Source of the DNA: Vulcanimicrobiota bacterium
GTDB lineage: Bacteria > Vulcanimicrobiota > Xenobia > Xenobiales > JADMJV01
Direction of reading: 5' to 3'
DNA length: 64,000 bases
NCBI GenBank assembly: GCA_050250895.1
Contig: JBFWNU010000003.1
Coordinates: forward strand, 491,302 to 555,301
Each line of letters starts with the position of its first letter. Within the stretch, counting starts at the first letter, position 1. A program made the translations under genes and the position numbers. Positions 17,030 to 26,919 of the stretch are shown one piece after another. The notes under the pieces are model-generated. The model searched no databases and was not told the DNA's origin. It saw only the letters and a list, made by a program, of their open reading frames with translations.

Positions 17030-18095
17030 TCAGCTCTCGAACTGGCGACCATCGCGGTCCCGGAAAGTCAGGTCATCGGGAGCCGTTCCTTCGATGAAGA
17101 GAAGGCCGTCGTGGACGTTGCGGTGGCAGCCCGTGCAGAGGAAGATCAGGTTGGCCGGCACCGTCAGGCCGCCCAGGGCGAAGAATCGGATATGGTGGGA
17201 TTGTAGCCAGATATGGTTGGGGCAGTCGGGCGTCTGGCAGCAGTAGCAGTCGCGAATCTTGAGGGCCTCGGTCTGGGCAGGAGTGAGCCCACGGGCGTCA
17301 GGGTTGAATTTCAGCCGCGGCGAGAGCTCCCAGTGCGCGTTGGCCCGGCAAGCCAACTGCACTGAGGAGTTGCCGGGACACGCCTCCCCATCGACTGCCG
17401 TCGTGGCCATGAAGAAATCGTCCCCCGGGGGACGAATGCCCAGCTCCTGGGCCAACTCATGCGCCCTCTGAATCGGGCCGGCCAGTTTGCGCTGGCGCGA
17501 AGCCGCCACCGCGGCCGCTCTGGCCCGCATCGCCTCGAGGTCCTTTTCGGTGACCGGGGCGGTCTGCAAACGCTGGGCCAGCACGAAGGCCAAGGCTTCT
17601 TTCAGCTCTACCTTGCGCCCCAGCTCGAGGGAAAGCGAATGTAGAACCAACTTCAGCAGTTCAGCCGTCTCGGGGTCGAGGTGGAGGGTGATTTCTTCGC
17701 TTTCGATCTGGGTGGGCTGCAGTTCGCCGGGCAAGCCTCCTTTGGGAGTGGCGGCCACCAGTTGGCGAATCACCGAGGTGGAGTAACTCGAAGCCAGCTC
17801 GAGCCAGAGCTGCTCGGTTGTGGGGGTGGCTTTACTGGCGATCTCCCGCAGCTTGGCCCAACCGACGTCGCCCCGCTCGGCGGCCGCGGTGAGTTGGGGC
17901 AGGCCTTCGAGTTGGCGGGCCACGCGGCGACAGGCATTGGCCTCTTTCTTGGTCACTCCCAGCAGGCGGATAGCATAGTGGATGGGGCCACTGAGCCAAA
18001 GTCTTGATAGCGGCCGGTGGCTTGCAGGGCCAGCAAGCAGCGACCCAGGATGATGCGATGAATCACCAGGCCGGTGGCAGAGCGCCGGGCTCTTG
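17030..18095 (-). pseudogene. DUF222-like HNH endonuclease, frameshifted near 17993 and 5'-truncated
   Basis: RDCYCCQTPDC...HHIRFFALGGLT..NL..LC..CHRNVH HNH motif; upstream ILGRCLLAL..YQDFG segment in an adjacent frame. Confidence 0.8.
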
Positions 18096-18275
18096 GGTTC
18101 GACGTGGTCTGGGGGCGTGGCCGAGCGGTCGCTCCCGAGCGCGTTTGAGTCACGCCCACCCCTTCGCCCTTACAGTCCTTGCTCACGTCCCTGGCCGCGC
18201 GAGGCGCCGGCTCTTCCCGGTAACGAGGCCACCGCTCAACTGGCGGCGTCTCGGTTGATTTGCTTTTGCCAGCAG
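18096..18275 (-). ncRNA. Structured non-coding element, 5' half-copy C fused to HNH gene
   Basis: Identical blocks with copy B: 18096-18111=14707-14722 (16 nt), 18173-18191=14772-14790 (19 nt). Confidence 0.5.
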
Positions 18276-18291
18276 GAAACCAGCAAGCGCG

Positions 18292-18375
18292 CCGTCTACC
18301 GTCTACCGTCTACCGTCTACCGTCTACCGTCTACCGTCTACCGTCTACCGTCTACCGTCTACCGTCTACCGTCTA
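18292..18375. repeat. Perfect heptamer tandem repeat (CCGTCTA)x12
   Basis: Counted directly, 84 bp. Confidence 0.95.
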
Positions 18376-18377
18376 TC

Positions 18378-19367
18378 TCAGTGCGTCGCCCAGATAAGAC
18401 CCGTCTGCTCGCCGGCCAGAAAGAAGACCGGCGGCTCGTTCGAGAGGCGATACGCCACCGGCTTAGCCGGCAGGCGTTCAACCAGGTCGTCGGCCACTTG
18501 CGTCAGCAGCTTGTCGCGCTCTTTGCGGGCTCGCTTGCTGCGTTTGGTGGGGGCCAGGTTGCCCTCTTCGTCGGGCTCGCCATAGTCTTCCATGAGATGG
18601 CTGGTGAGCCAGGCGGCCAGCTTGTCGGCTGGAATGGCCCGGCGCGAGTCGCGGATGGCCGCCGGGGTGAGAGGCTCGAGTTCGGGAATGAGCCCTTGCA
18701 CGTAAGCCAGCAGGGCCTGGCATTCGGCCTCGTCGAGGGTTTCGGGCAGCGAGCTGGTCGAGGAAACGACGTCGACCACATAGAGCGACGGGCTCTGGTC
18801 TTGCTCGCGACCAAAGCGCGATTCGAGCTTGACCAGGCGCTTGAGCGCCTTGAGCATGTCGTCTGAGAGTTGGGCGGTAGTCAGGTCGGCGGCCCAGGCG
18901 GAATTGACCTCGACCGGCTCAGCCTCGACGGTCTCGGGCTCGGCTTCGACCACCGCGACCGGGGAGGTCAGCTTTTCGGCGAAGTGGCGGTCGACTTCTT
19001 CGACGATGGCCTTGGCCCGGGCCACCACGTCCGAGCGCGAGCCGCGGGACTCGGCCGGGGCAAAGGTCAGGCGCGCACACTCGTCACACATGAGGTGCAG
19101 CTGGCGGCCGTCCTGATGGGCTTTGAGTTCGCGGGCCTGGCCGCAGCGAGGACAGGCCCGTAACTTCGGAGCCTGTCCCAGGCCGCGCAGGGTGCGAGCC
19201 AACGGGATGGGGAAGGTGATGTCTTCGTAGAAATACACCACGTAGGCCAGGGCTCCGAGCGGGCCAAAGAAGATCAGCACGCCCAGCCAGAAGCGGGGCC
19301 GCTTGTTCTGGGCCCAATCGATGATCAGCAAGACGTTGAGCAGCCAAAGCAACAGCACGGGAAACAT
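18378..19367 (-). CDS. Membrane-anchored hypothetical protein with zinc ribbon
   Basis: Two N-terminal TM segments (W...I.F.GPLGAL.Y), CPRC...CDEC. Confidence 0.75.
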   Translation of the reverse strand: MFPVLLLWLLNVLLIIDWAQNKRPRFWLGVLIFFGPLGALAYVVYFYEDITFPIPLARTLRGLGQAPKLRACPRCGQARELKAHQDGRQLHLMCDECARLTFAPAESRGSRSDVVARAKAIVEEVDRHFAEKLTSPVAVVEAEPETVEAEPVEVNSAWAADLTTAQLSDDMLKALKRLVKLESRFGREQDQSPSLYVVDVVSSTSSLPETLDEAECQALLAYVQGLIPELEPLTPAAIRDSRRAIPADKLAAWLTSHLMEDYGEPDEEGNLAPTKRSKRARKERDKLLTQVADDLVERLPAKPVAYRLSNEPPVFFLAGEQTGLIWATH

Positions 19368-19403
19368 TCTGGCTTCTTTCCGGCCGGCCCGCCGTCATCC
19401 TTC

Positions 19404-20414
19404 TCAGGGCTTGTGTTGAAGCTCGTCGGGCGAACGCTCGACATCGAGCGGGACGAGTTCGAGCGTCCATTCGAGGGGCACCTGGGCAGGCGGATGACAG
19501 ACCTGATCGGTGCAGGTCTGTAGCCTTAGCTGAGCCTGAATCGAGAGAGGCCGAGGCTCTTTGAGAGTCTTGCGCCACTCGCCCGCAGAGTCGATTTTGA
19601 GCACGGCCTGCAGGCGCACTTTGCCTTGATAGACGGGTACGGTTTCGCCGAACAGCTCGAGGGGTTGGCCGGGCGGGTACTCGATCGATTCCACCTGAAG
19701 TTCGGGCTGGCGAGCGAATTCCAGGCTGACCGGGATGGCCTCGGTCGTGCCCGGGGCGTAGGCGTGCAGACCCGGCGGGAATTCGAGTTCGAGGGTCAGC
19801 GTGAAGCGACTGCCCACGGTCACCCGCCGGTCGCTCTGGGCCAGGCGCACCTCGGCGCCGGCTACCGACTGCTGGGTCGTGCGCGCGAGAGAGTCGGGAA
19901 AGAGGCTCCCCAAGACGCTGGCCGGGGTGGGCCGGTCGCGGTAGCTCTCTTCCAGGAAGACCTCTTGCACCACCCCCTGCGGGTCGAGGTAAAGGATAGC
20001 CGGGAGGGCGACTCCTTTGCCGATGCCGGTTGCTTCGTCGTTGCGCAGCCCGATGGCTTCCAAGTATTCGGACTGGGGGTCGGCCAGCAGCGGGTATTGG
20101 ATGGCCTTGCGTTGCGAGAATTCGGCCAGGATGGCCGGGCTATCGTAGGAGAGGGCGGCCACCCCCAGGCCTCGTTGCTGGAAGTCGGCCAGGGACTGTT
20201 GCAACTGGACCAGCTGCACTTTGCAGTAGGGTCACCAATCGGCCGACCGAAAGACCACCAGGATCAGGCCCTGGGGGCCGGCCAGACCTTCGAGGCTTTG
20301 AGGGTGGCCGAACTGGTCTGCCCCCTGCAGCGGGGGCAGACGGTCGCCCCGGCCCGGGGCGGCGCCGGCCGCCAGCGACAGCGCGGCCAACAGGGGTAGC
20401 AGCCAACCTCTCAC
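19404..20414 (-). CDS. Probable selenoprotein: exported AhpC/TSA redoxin (UPYC) fused to DsbD N-terminal-like domain
   Basis: ORFs 20232-20414 and 19404-20219 are in frame across TGA: FRSADW-U-PYCKVQL; ALSYD, YPLLADP, H.Y.P and QTCTDQVCHPP motifs. Confidence 0.85.
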
Positions 20415-21538
20415 TTGGCCGGAACCACTTTATAGAGGAACAGCTTGGCCGGGTCGCTGGGGCCGGCCTTGTGAACGATGGCGGCTTTGGTGTTGTCGTT
20501 GCTAAAGCGCAGGGACTGCACCGGAATGTCGGCCTCGGTATAGGTCTTGATCGGCTTGAGGGCGTCCTTGGTGGTGACCAGGAACTGGGTAGCCACGCCG
20601 TACGGCTGCATCGGTTGAGACAGGTCGGCTGTCGAGATGACGAAGCCGTAGTACGGCTTCCACAGATATTTGGGCAGATAGGCGATGGTCTTCTGGCCCA
20701 GCTCATGGTTGGCCAGGTACTTGCCGGTCCAGGTATTGACCAGGTAGGCTCCGGCGTTGACCGTGGGGGGGAACACGAAGTAGGTGACCAGCACGTGGCC
20801 GCCGCCGTATTCGAAGTTGATGCCGGTATAGGTGGTCTTGTCCTGGATTTTCTTGTCGGCCGGCACGTCGTCGAGGATGGTGGTCACCTTGTCGGTGTCG
20901 AGGTTGATGATGCCGGCCACGTGCTCGAACTTGTTGTTGGGCGGAACCAGCGCTCGCGAATAGGCCAGCAGGCGCACGGTGGGCTTGTTGGGCGGCGTGT
21001 AGACGAGGATGTCCAGGCCGCTGATGTTTTCACCTTTCTGATACTGCTTGAGCTTTTTGCCGGCGGCCAGATCCCACAGGGCGATCCCGTCAGAGGTGCC
21101 CAGCGCCAGCAGGTTCTGCTTGGGACCGTAGGCATAGCCCCAGATCTTTTTGGGGTCGGCCTTGAGGTCGAGCTCTTTGACCACCTTGCCGGCGCGCCAG
21201 TCGATGGTCTTCATGGGCAAGATATTGCGCAGCAACAGCAGGTGCTTGCCGTCGAGGGAGAAGTCGAGTCCGTCGGGCGAGTCCACTCCGTGAACGCTCT
21301 CGGGGATCTCCGCCACCACCTTCTGGGTCTTGACGTCCCACACGGTGAGCATCTTGGCACCGTGAATGTAGGCGGCTACATAGGCTCCATCAGGCGAGAA
21401 GGCGGGCTTGGAGATCGAGAAAGGGTCTTCGCCGGGCAGCTGCACGGGCTCGACGAATTGGGGGGGCACCGGCACCACTTCGGCCATGGCCAGGGCGCTG
21501 GTGAGAAGAACGAGGAGAAAGATCTTCAGTCTGGTCAT
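20411..21538 (-). CDS. Secreted WD40/beta-propeller protein
   Basis: Signal peptide MTRLKIFLLVLL..AMA; FSPDG and WD repeats; ATG overlaps rhomboid stop. Confidence 0.8.
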   Translation of the reverse strand: MTRLKIFLLVLLTSALAMAEVVPVPPQFVEPVQLPGEDPFSISKPAFSPDGAYVAAYIHGAKMLTVWDVKTQKVVAEIPESVHGVDSPDGLDFSLDGKHLLLLRNILPMKTIDWRAGKVVKELDLKADPKKIWGYAYGPKQNLLALGTSDGIALWDLAAGKKLKQYQKGENISGLDILVYTPPNKPTVRLLAYSRALVPPNNKFEHVAGIINLDTDKVTTILDDVPADKKIQDKTTYTGINFEYGGGHVLVTYFVFPPTVNAGAYLVNTWTGKYLANHELGQKTIAYLPKYLWKPYYGFVISTADLSQPMQPYGVATQFLVTTKDALKPIKTYTEADIPVQSLRFSNDNTKAAIVHKAGPSDPAKLFLYKVVPAK

Positions 21539-23028
21539 GGCCCCGGCTTCCCGTCCGACCGTGGGTCTCCTCCCGTGAGCCACTCCCAGGTTGCCCCCAC
21601 CAGCACACCGCAAAGGTGGCCCGACGAACTCACGATGGGGGTGAGCTGATCGAAGGTCAGCTGCAAAAGCAAGATCAGGCCCAATCCGCGCAGTTGCCGG
21701 CTCAGAGTAGGCGAGGGGTGGCGCCGGTGGCGTCGGGCTATCAGCACGGTGCTGGCTCCGATCAGCCCCATCAGTCCCACCGAGGCTCCCACCACCAGAC
21801 CGGGTTCGGCCTGGTGGAAGTCGGCGTAGGCCAGCACCAGCGCCAGCCCGCCCACTCCCGAGACCAGAAAGCAGGCCAGGCCGCGTCCCCACCCCCGAGC
21901 CCCTTCATAGAAGCGCGCAAACAGCGCCAGACCGCCCAGGTTCATCAGCAGATGGAGCACCCCCGCATGCAGAAAGTTGGCCGTGAAAAGTCGCCAGTAT
22001 TCGCCCTCGAGGGCTCGGGACGGAAAGACCATGGCCCCGCACCGGTAGAGCACTTCGCCCCAGCTTCCCGGTTGAGCGGTCTCGTAGAGATAGCAAGCAA
22101 TCTGGATGGTGGCGAGGGCTCGCCACAGTCCCCGATTCTGCTCACCCGGGCGCCCTAAAGTGCCCACCTCGCGCACCTCGGAAAGGTCCTGGCCCGTCTG
22201 TTCGAAGAGTCTATCCGCCTGGGGCCAGGGGGGAGGGGCCTGAGATGTCTGCTGGCCGTAGCGGGGCGACTCCTGGGGGAACTCAACCTCTTGACCGGCG
22301 GCCTGGCGAGCCACCGTCAGCCAGTCTTCGGCAACCCGGACGGGGAAGGCGGCCAGGGGGCCTTTCAGCAGCTCTTCGCAGACCTCGACCTGACCCAGAT
22401 AGGCGGCCGCAAACAGGTAGGCACAGTGGCGATTGTAGCTGTTTTCAGGGGGATGGGCGAGTAACTCGCCCACCATCTCGTGATAGTGTCCCAACTCGCC
22501 CAGGGCGCGCAGGTTGGCCAGTCGGCCCGACTCGGTCCGCTCTGGTTCGGGCAGGGCCTTCCACCATTGCACCAGGTCCTGCCAGCGCCGCCCCGAGCGT
22601 AGCACCTCGAGTTCGGCCGCCTGGGCCAGTGGCGAGTCGGTCTCTCGCAACTGTTGTAGCAGTTTGTCCGCCTCGACCCGGCGCCCGGCCACCGAGTGGC
22701 CCAGGGCCTCGGCATAAGTCGGATAGTCGCGCCAGCCATCCCAGGGATAGATACGCCGGATCCAGCGTCCGTAGCTGGCCGACCTTTCAAAGTCGAGCCC
22801 TTCGGCGGCCAGGCTGGCGCGCCCCATCAACCAGCCGGGCAGCACCACCAGCAACAACCAGAACGAACCGACCAGACTGCCCGCCCACTCGAATCCGGCC
22901 AGCACTAGGCCAACCAGCGCGAGCAGCAGGGCCAGTTGGATGCGGGCGCGCGCTCCGCGGCGGGACTGGACGACTCCGAACAGGCAAGAGGCCCCGACCA
23001 TCCAGCGTGCTACCCACTCGATTTCCAT
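21535..23028 (-). CDS. Rhomboid family intramembrane serine protease with N-terminal extension
   Basis: WRLFTANFLHAG..HL.MN, VGAS, GHL.G motifs. Confidence 0.9.
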   Translation of the reverse strand: MEIEWVARWMVGASCLFGVVQSRRGARARIQLALLLALVGLVLAGFEWAGSLVGSFWLLLVVLPGWLMGRASLAAEGLDFERSASYGRWIRRIYPWDGWRDYPTYAEALGHSVAGRRVEADKLLQQLRETDSPLAQAAELEVLRSGRRWQDLVQWWKALPEPERTESGRLANLRALGELGHYHEMVGELLAHPPENSYNRHCAYLFAAAYLGQVEVCEELLKGPLAAFPVRVAEDWLTVARQAAGQEVEFPQESPRYGQQTSQAPPPWPQADRLFEQTGQDLSEVREVGTLGRPGEQNRGLWRALATIQIACYLYETAQPGSWGEVLYRCGAMVFPSRALEGEYWRLFTANFLHAGVLHLLMNLGGLALFARFYEGARGWGRGLACFLVSGVGGLALVLAYADFHQAEPGLVVGASVGLMGLIGASTVLIARRHRRHPSPTLSRQLRGLGLILLLQLTFDQLTPIVSSSGHLCGVLVGATWEWLTGGDPRSDGKPGP

Positions 23029-23936
23029 CAGTGCCCCCGCAGGATTCTCACCACCTGGGGCAGCGTGTTCTCGACCTGATTGCGCGAGAAATAGTCGTCT
23101 TTGCCGACATGCGTGGTGGGACCGGGACAGAGATGGCGGATCTTGCCGGCCCGCCGAGTGCGGTTCCAGGCGCTGTAGGGCATGAATCGCCAGCGACCGG
23201 GAAAGATCAGAGCTCCCAGGTCGGGCACCCAGTAGTCGCGGCTGCCCCGCAGGCTGTGGACCAGATCCACCTGCTCGATGGCTTCGTCGTCAGAAAAGAC
23301 GCCGCCCAGGGCCACGATCTCGACTCGACAGCCCAATTGCTGCTTGAGAAAAGGAGCGGCTCCCACCGCGATCTGGGCCCCTCCGCTATAGGCCAGTAAA
23401 TAGAGCGTTTGGCCGCTGCCCACGGGAAAGCCGGCCTGGCGCAGGCGACGGGCCACCTCGCGGGCCACGCCCAGATTATAGACAGGGCCGTAGCGGCGAT
23501 CGGCCGAGACCAGGAATTGGAACATATTGCGCACCACGATGAGCACGTCAAAGACATTGTTGGGCAGAGCCAGTCGACGGGCCTGCAACCAGCTCCACAG
23601 GTTGCGCAGCAGGCGGTCGCCGTCGAGCGGGTTGTTGTTGACCGAGAAGGGAAAGACATCGCAAATGACTTCGGTTCCCGGCAGTTCGGCCTCGAGGCGC
23701 TCGAGGAAGCCACGCTCGCGCCGGGCCAGAAAGTCGCCCGAAAAGCCGGCTACTCCGGTGAAATAGACCACGTAGTAGGGGGCCACCTCGCCCTGGTCGG
23801 GCGGCGGCGAGGGAACCTGCGTCAGGGTGCGGCGGGTCCAACCGGCCCACCAACCCATGGCTTCGAACGGCGACAACAGAGCGCTGACCAGCAAGAGCAA
23901 GCCAAACAGCGCGATCAGGTTGATGAGCCAGCTCAT
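23028..23936 (-). CDS. Membrane-anchored alpha/beta-hydrolase-like protein
   Basis: N-terminal TM, EAMGWWAGW, AYSGGAQ nucleophile-elbow-like motif. Confidence 0.7.
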   Translation of the reverse strand: MSWLINLIALFGLLLLVSALLSPFEAMGWWAGWTRRTLTQVPSPPPDQGEVAPYYVVYFTGVAGFSGDFLARRERGFLERLEAELPGTEVICDVFPFSVNNNPLDGDRLLRNLWSWLQARRLALPNNVFDVLIVVRNMFQFLVSADRRYGPVYNLGVAREVARRLRQAGFPVGSGQTLYLLAYSGGAQIAVGAAPFLKQQLGCRVEIVALGGVFSDDEAIEQVDLVHSLRGSRDYWVPDLGALIFPGRWRFMPYSAWNRTRRAGKIRHLCPGPTTHVGKDDYFSRNQVENTLPQVVRILRGH

Positions 23937-24442
23937 GGAACGCTCGGCCAGGGCCCTTCGGCGCCGCTGGCCCAGCTCCACAGGCGGTCCTGCAAGTCTT
24001 CCAGGCCGAACAGACGCAGATAGCTGGCGGCGGCCTCCACCAGACCGCCATAGGTGCAGCACACCAGCGATTGCCAGAAGGTGAGTTCGAACTGCCAGCC
24101 GATGCCGGCCACCACCGCCAAGAAGACGTAGATGCGCAGCAAGCGAGCCAGCCACAGGCCGAAATGAGGGATCACCGCCAGGGCGCCGAGGATGCGGGGA
24201 GCATGGCCCAGGCTGACCACGACGAACACACTCACCAGGGTGGCGCGGGTGAAGAAGTTGGCCAGAATCCAGATCGACAGGGTCCACAGGCTCACCGAGA
24301 AGACCGAAAACAGGCCGCCGGCCACCAGGCACAGAGCGAAGCGGCGCAACGGCACCCGGTTCACGAACAGGATGAACGATTGGCCCACCATTTCGGAGCA
24401 GCCGGCCAGAAACAGGACCAATAGACTGGCCAGCAGAGTCAC
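23933..24442 (-). CDS. Integral membrane protein (Yip1-like)
   Basis: SE.VGQS.ILFVNRV motif, about 5 TMs; GTGA overlap with symporter stop. Confidence 0.7.
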   Translation of the reverse strand: MTLLASLLVLFLAGCSEMVGQSFILFVNRVPLRRFALCLVAGGLFSVFSVSLWTLSIWILANFFTRATLVSVFVVVSLGHAPRILGALAVIPHFGLWLARLLRIYVFLAVVAGIGWQFELTFWQSLVCCTYGGLVEAAASYLRLFGLEDLQDRLWSWASGAEGPWPSVP

Positions 24443-26217
24443 CAGGAGCGCCTCTGCAGAGACAGCAAACAGACGAGCCCGGCCAGGCTGGCGATGCCCC
24501 AGAGAGCGGCCGTGCCATAGTGGCCCATGCAGAGGTAGCCGCCCGAAAAGATGCCGCCCCAGAGCAGGAAGGCTCCAGCTATCAGGCGGGGGATGACCCC
24601 GGTGGTCACCGACTCGAGTTGGCCGGCCTCGGTCTGGTGCTCGGGCTTCCACCATCCGCCCGGTTGCACCTTGGTGTAAAAGCGTTGCAAAGTCTCGGGA
24701 GACTCGGGCTGGGTGACCAGCGTGACCAGGGCCGTGATGGCCAGCGAGATGGGCACGATGAAGAGCAGCTTGAGGTGAAATTCGAAGGGAATGCCAAACA
24801 AGACGGGGGCTTTCTCGAACAATCCCACGTTCTCGAAACGATGCTGCCACCAGGCCAGCAATTCCAGGCCCAGGCTCAGGGTCAGCGAACTGAACATGGC
24901 CGTGATCTCGGACCAGGCCGAAAGTCGCCACCAGAACCAGCGCAGGCCTAAAATCAGGCCGGCCCCAGCGCCCATCGAGAGGAGAAACTCCCAGGCCTTG
25001 CTGATGACCTGCATCTGCGAGGCCAGCATGGCTCCCGCTACCATCAGCGCCAGGGTGGCCCCCTGGCTCACCCGCACATAGTGATGCTGGTCGGCGTTGG
25101 GCTTGATGAAGCGGGCGTATACGTCATGGACCAGATAGGATGCGCCCCAGTTGAGGTGGGTATCGATGGTGGACATGAAGGCGGCCAGGAAGCTCACCAC
25201 CAGGATTCCTTTGAGGCCCGGACCCAGATAGTCTCGAATCATCATGGGATAGGCGACCTTGTCGCCCATCTCGATACCCGACACGTCGGGAAAGGCCACC
25301 ATCGAGGCCAGGGCCACCAGAATCCACGGCCAGGCCCGGCCCACATAGAATAGGAAGTAGAACCAGAGCGTTCCCAGCGTGGCATGGCGCTCGTCCTTGG
25401 CCGCCGACATGCGCTGCACGATGTAGCCTCCGCCGTCGATGTCGAAGCGACACCACCAGACCATCAGCACGAAGATGACGACCTTCACGAAGGGAGAAAG
25501 CCAGAACTCGGTGGGAGTGGCATCGGGCGGGGGGAGGGGAGGGAAGATGGCGGTGTGGTTGGCGGGAATGTGGCTCAAAATCGCCTTGAGACCACCCAGT
25601 TTGGCCAGAGCCACCACGGCCAGAGTGTAGCTGCCCACGGTGGCGATGACGAACTGCACCAGGTCGGTCACCACCACGCCATAGAAGCCGCTGAGCAGGG
25701 CGTAGCTCAAGGCTACTGCAGCACAGCCCCACAGGGCTAACGTTTTGTCGACATCGAGCAGCACGGCCAGAATCGAGGTCATGGCGTTGAGCACCCAGCC
25801 CATGATGATCAGATTGTAGAGGGTGGCGAAATAGAGGGCTTTGAAACCACGCAGGAAAGCCGCCGGCCGCCCGCCATAACGCAGCTCGAGCAGTTCATTC
25901 TCGGTGAGCACCTCGGCTCGCCGCCACAGCCGCGAGAACAAGAAGACCGAAAGCAGCCCCTGGGGCACGGCGCTCCACCAGAACCAGTTCTGCCAGACAC
26001 CGTTGGTGCGCACGAATTCGGTCACCGCCAGCGGGGTGTCGGCGGCGAACGTGGTGGCCACCATCGAGGTGCCCACCAGCCACCACGGGAAGTTTCGACC
26101 GGACAGAAAGTATTCTTCGGTGCTCTCGCTGGCTTTGCCGGAGAAGTAGATCCCCACCCCGAGCGAGAAGGCCAGGTAGGCGATGATGATGATCCAGTCG
26201 ATGGCAGCCAGATGCAT
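24439..26217 (-). CDS. Sodium:solute symporter family protein
   Basis: EYFLSGRNFPWW, SMVATTFAADTP, AAFMSTIDTHLNWG motifs. Confidence 0.95.
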   Translation of the reverse strand: MHLAAIDWIIIIAYLAFSLGVGIYFSGKASESTEEYFLSGRNFPWWLVGTSMVATTFAADTPLAVTEFVRTNGVWQNWFWWSAVPQGLLSVFLFSRLWRRAEVLTENELLELRYGGRPAAFLRGFKALYFATLYNLIIMGWVLNAMTSILAVLLDVDKTLALWGCAAVALSYALLSGFYGVVVTDLVQFVIATVGSYTLAVVALAKLGGLKAILSHIPANHTAIFPPLPPPDATPTEFWLSPFVKVVIFVLMVWWCRFDIDGGGYIVQRMSAAKDERHATLGTLWFYFLFYVGRAWPWILVALASMVAFPDVSGIEMGDKVAYPMMIRDYLGPGLKGILVVSFLAAFMSTIDTHLNWGASYLVHDVYARFIKPNADQHHYVRVSQGATLALMVAGAMLASQMQVISKAWEFLLSMGAGAGLILGLRWFWWRLSAWSEITAMFSSLTLSLGLELLAWWQHRFENVGLFEKAPVLFGIPFEFHLKLLFIVPISLAITALVTLVTQPESPETLQRFYTKVQPGGWWKPEHQTEAGQLESVTTGVIPRLIAGAFLLWGGIFSGGYLCMGHYGTAALWGIASLAGLVCLLSLQRRSW

Positions 26218-26919
26218 CCACTGAACCTAACAGTTGAGGATGGATCGGTCAATCCTGGCCGGGCTCTGGTCATTGGCGCCCATCCCGACGATTGTGATTT
26301 CGGTGCCGGCGCCACCACGGCGGCCTGGACACGCCTGGGCTGGAGCTTCGATTTCGTGTGTGTGACCGACGGCAGCCGCGGCACCCGCGATGGCCAGGCC
26401 CGCCGCGATCTTTTAGCCAATCAACGGCGCAGCGAGCAAGAAGCTTCGGCCAGACTGCTGGGGGCCGGGGTGGTCAAGTTTCTGGCTTTCGAAGACGGAG
26501 CCGTGACTTATGGCGAGCCTTTGCTCGAAGCCGTGGTGGCGGTCCTCCGCGAAATGGCTCCCGATATCGTCTTCACCCACACTCCGGACCCTCTCGACTT
26601 TCGCCCTTTCGACCGGCGTCAGGGGGCCTGGGTCAATCACCGCGATCACCGGGCCGTGGCTCAGGCGGTGCTCGACGCTGTCTATCCGTGTGCCCGAGAC
26701 CCTCTGTTTTATCCCCACCTGGAACTGCCGGTCCACCAGGTCAGGAGTGTTTATCTCTGGGGGGCCCGCGACGCCGATGTCAGAGTGGAGTGCGGGGAGT
26801 ATCTCGACCTGAAGGTCGAGGCTCTGGCCTGTCACCAGAGCCAGTTCGCCGAGCGGGATTGGGCGCCCATTCGGGCCGCCTGGCCTGCTTACGAAGCCTT
26901 TCAGAAGGTGTGTCTATGA
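26212..26919 (+). CDS. PIG-L family deacetylase (start uncertain)
   Basis: AHPDD, R..E...A, NHRDH and H.SQ motifs. Confidence 0.9.
   Translation: MHPLNLTVEDGSVNPGRALVIGAHPDDCDFGAGATTAAWTRLGWSFDFVCVTDGSRGTRDGQARRDLLANQRRSEQEASARLLGAGVVKFLAFEDGAVTYGEPLLEAVVAVLREMAPDIVFTHTPDPLDFRPFDRRQGAWVNHRDHRAVAQAVLDAVYPCARDPLFYPHLELPVHQVRSVYLWGARDADVRVECGEYLDLKVEALACHQSQFAERDWAPIRAAWPAYEAFQKVCL

Noticed and set aside
17030-17956. IscB/Cas9-like nuclease
   Set aside because: Only a C-terminal HNH; no RuvC or PLMP motifs seen
18093-18866. ORF with STVYRLP repeats
   Set aside because: Simply the translation of the heptamer VNTR plus the antisense of a real gene
26358-26915. N-terminal extensions in the ORF track (also 21539-21892, 23937-24518, 53616-54026, 41165-41320)
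   Set aside because: They overlap neighbouring genes; downstream starts with signal peptides, RBS or stop-start coupling fit better
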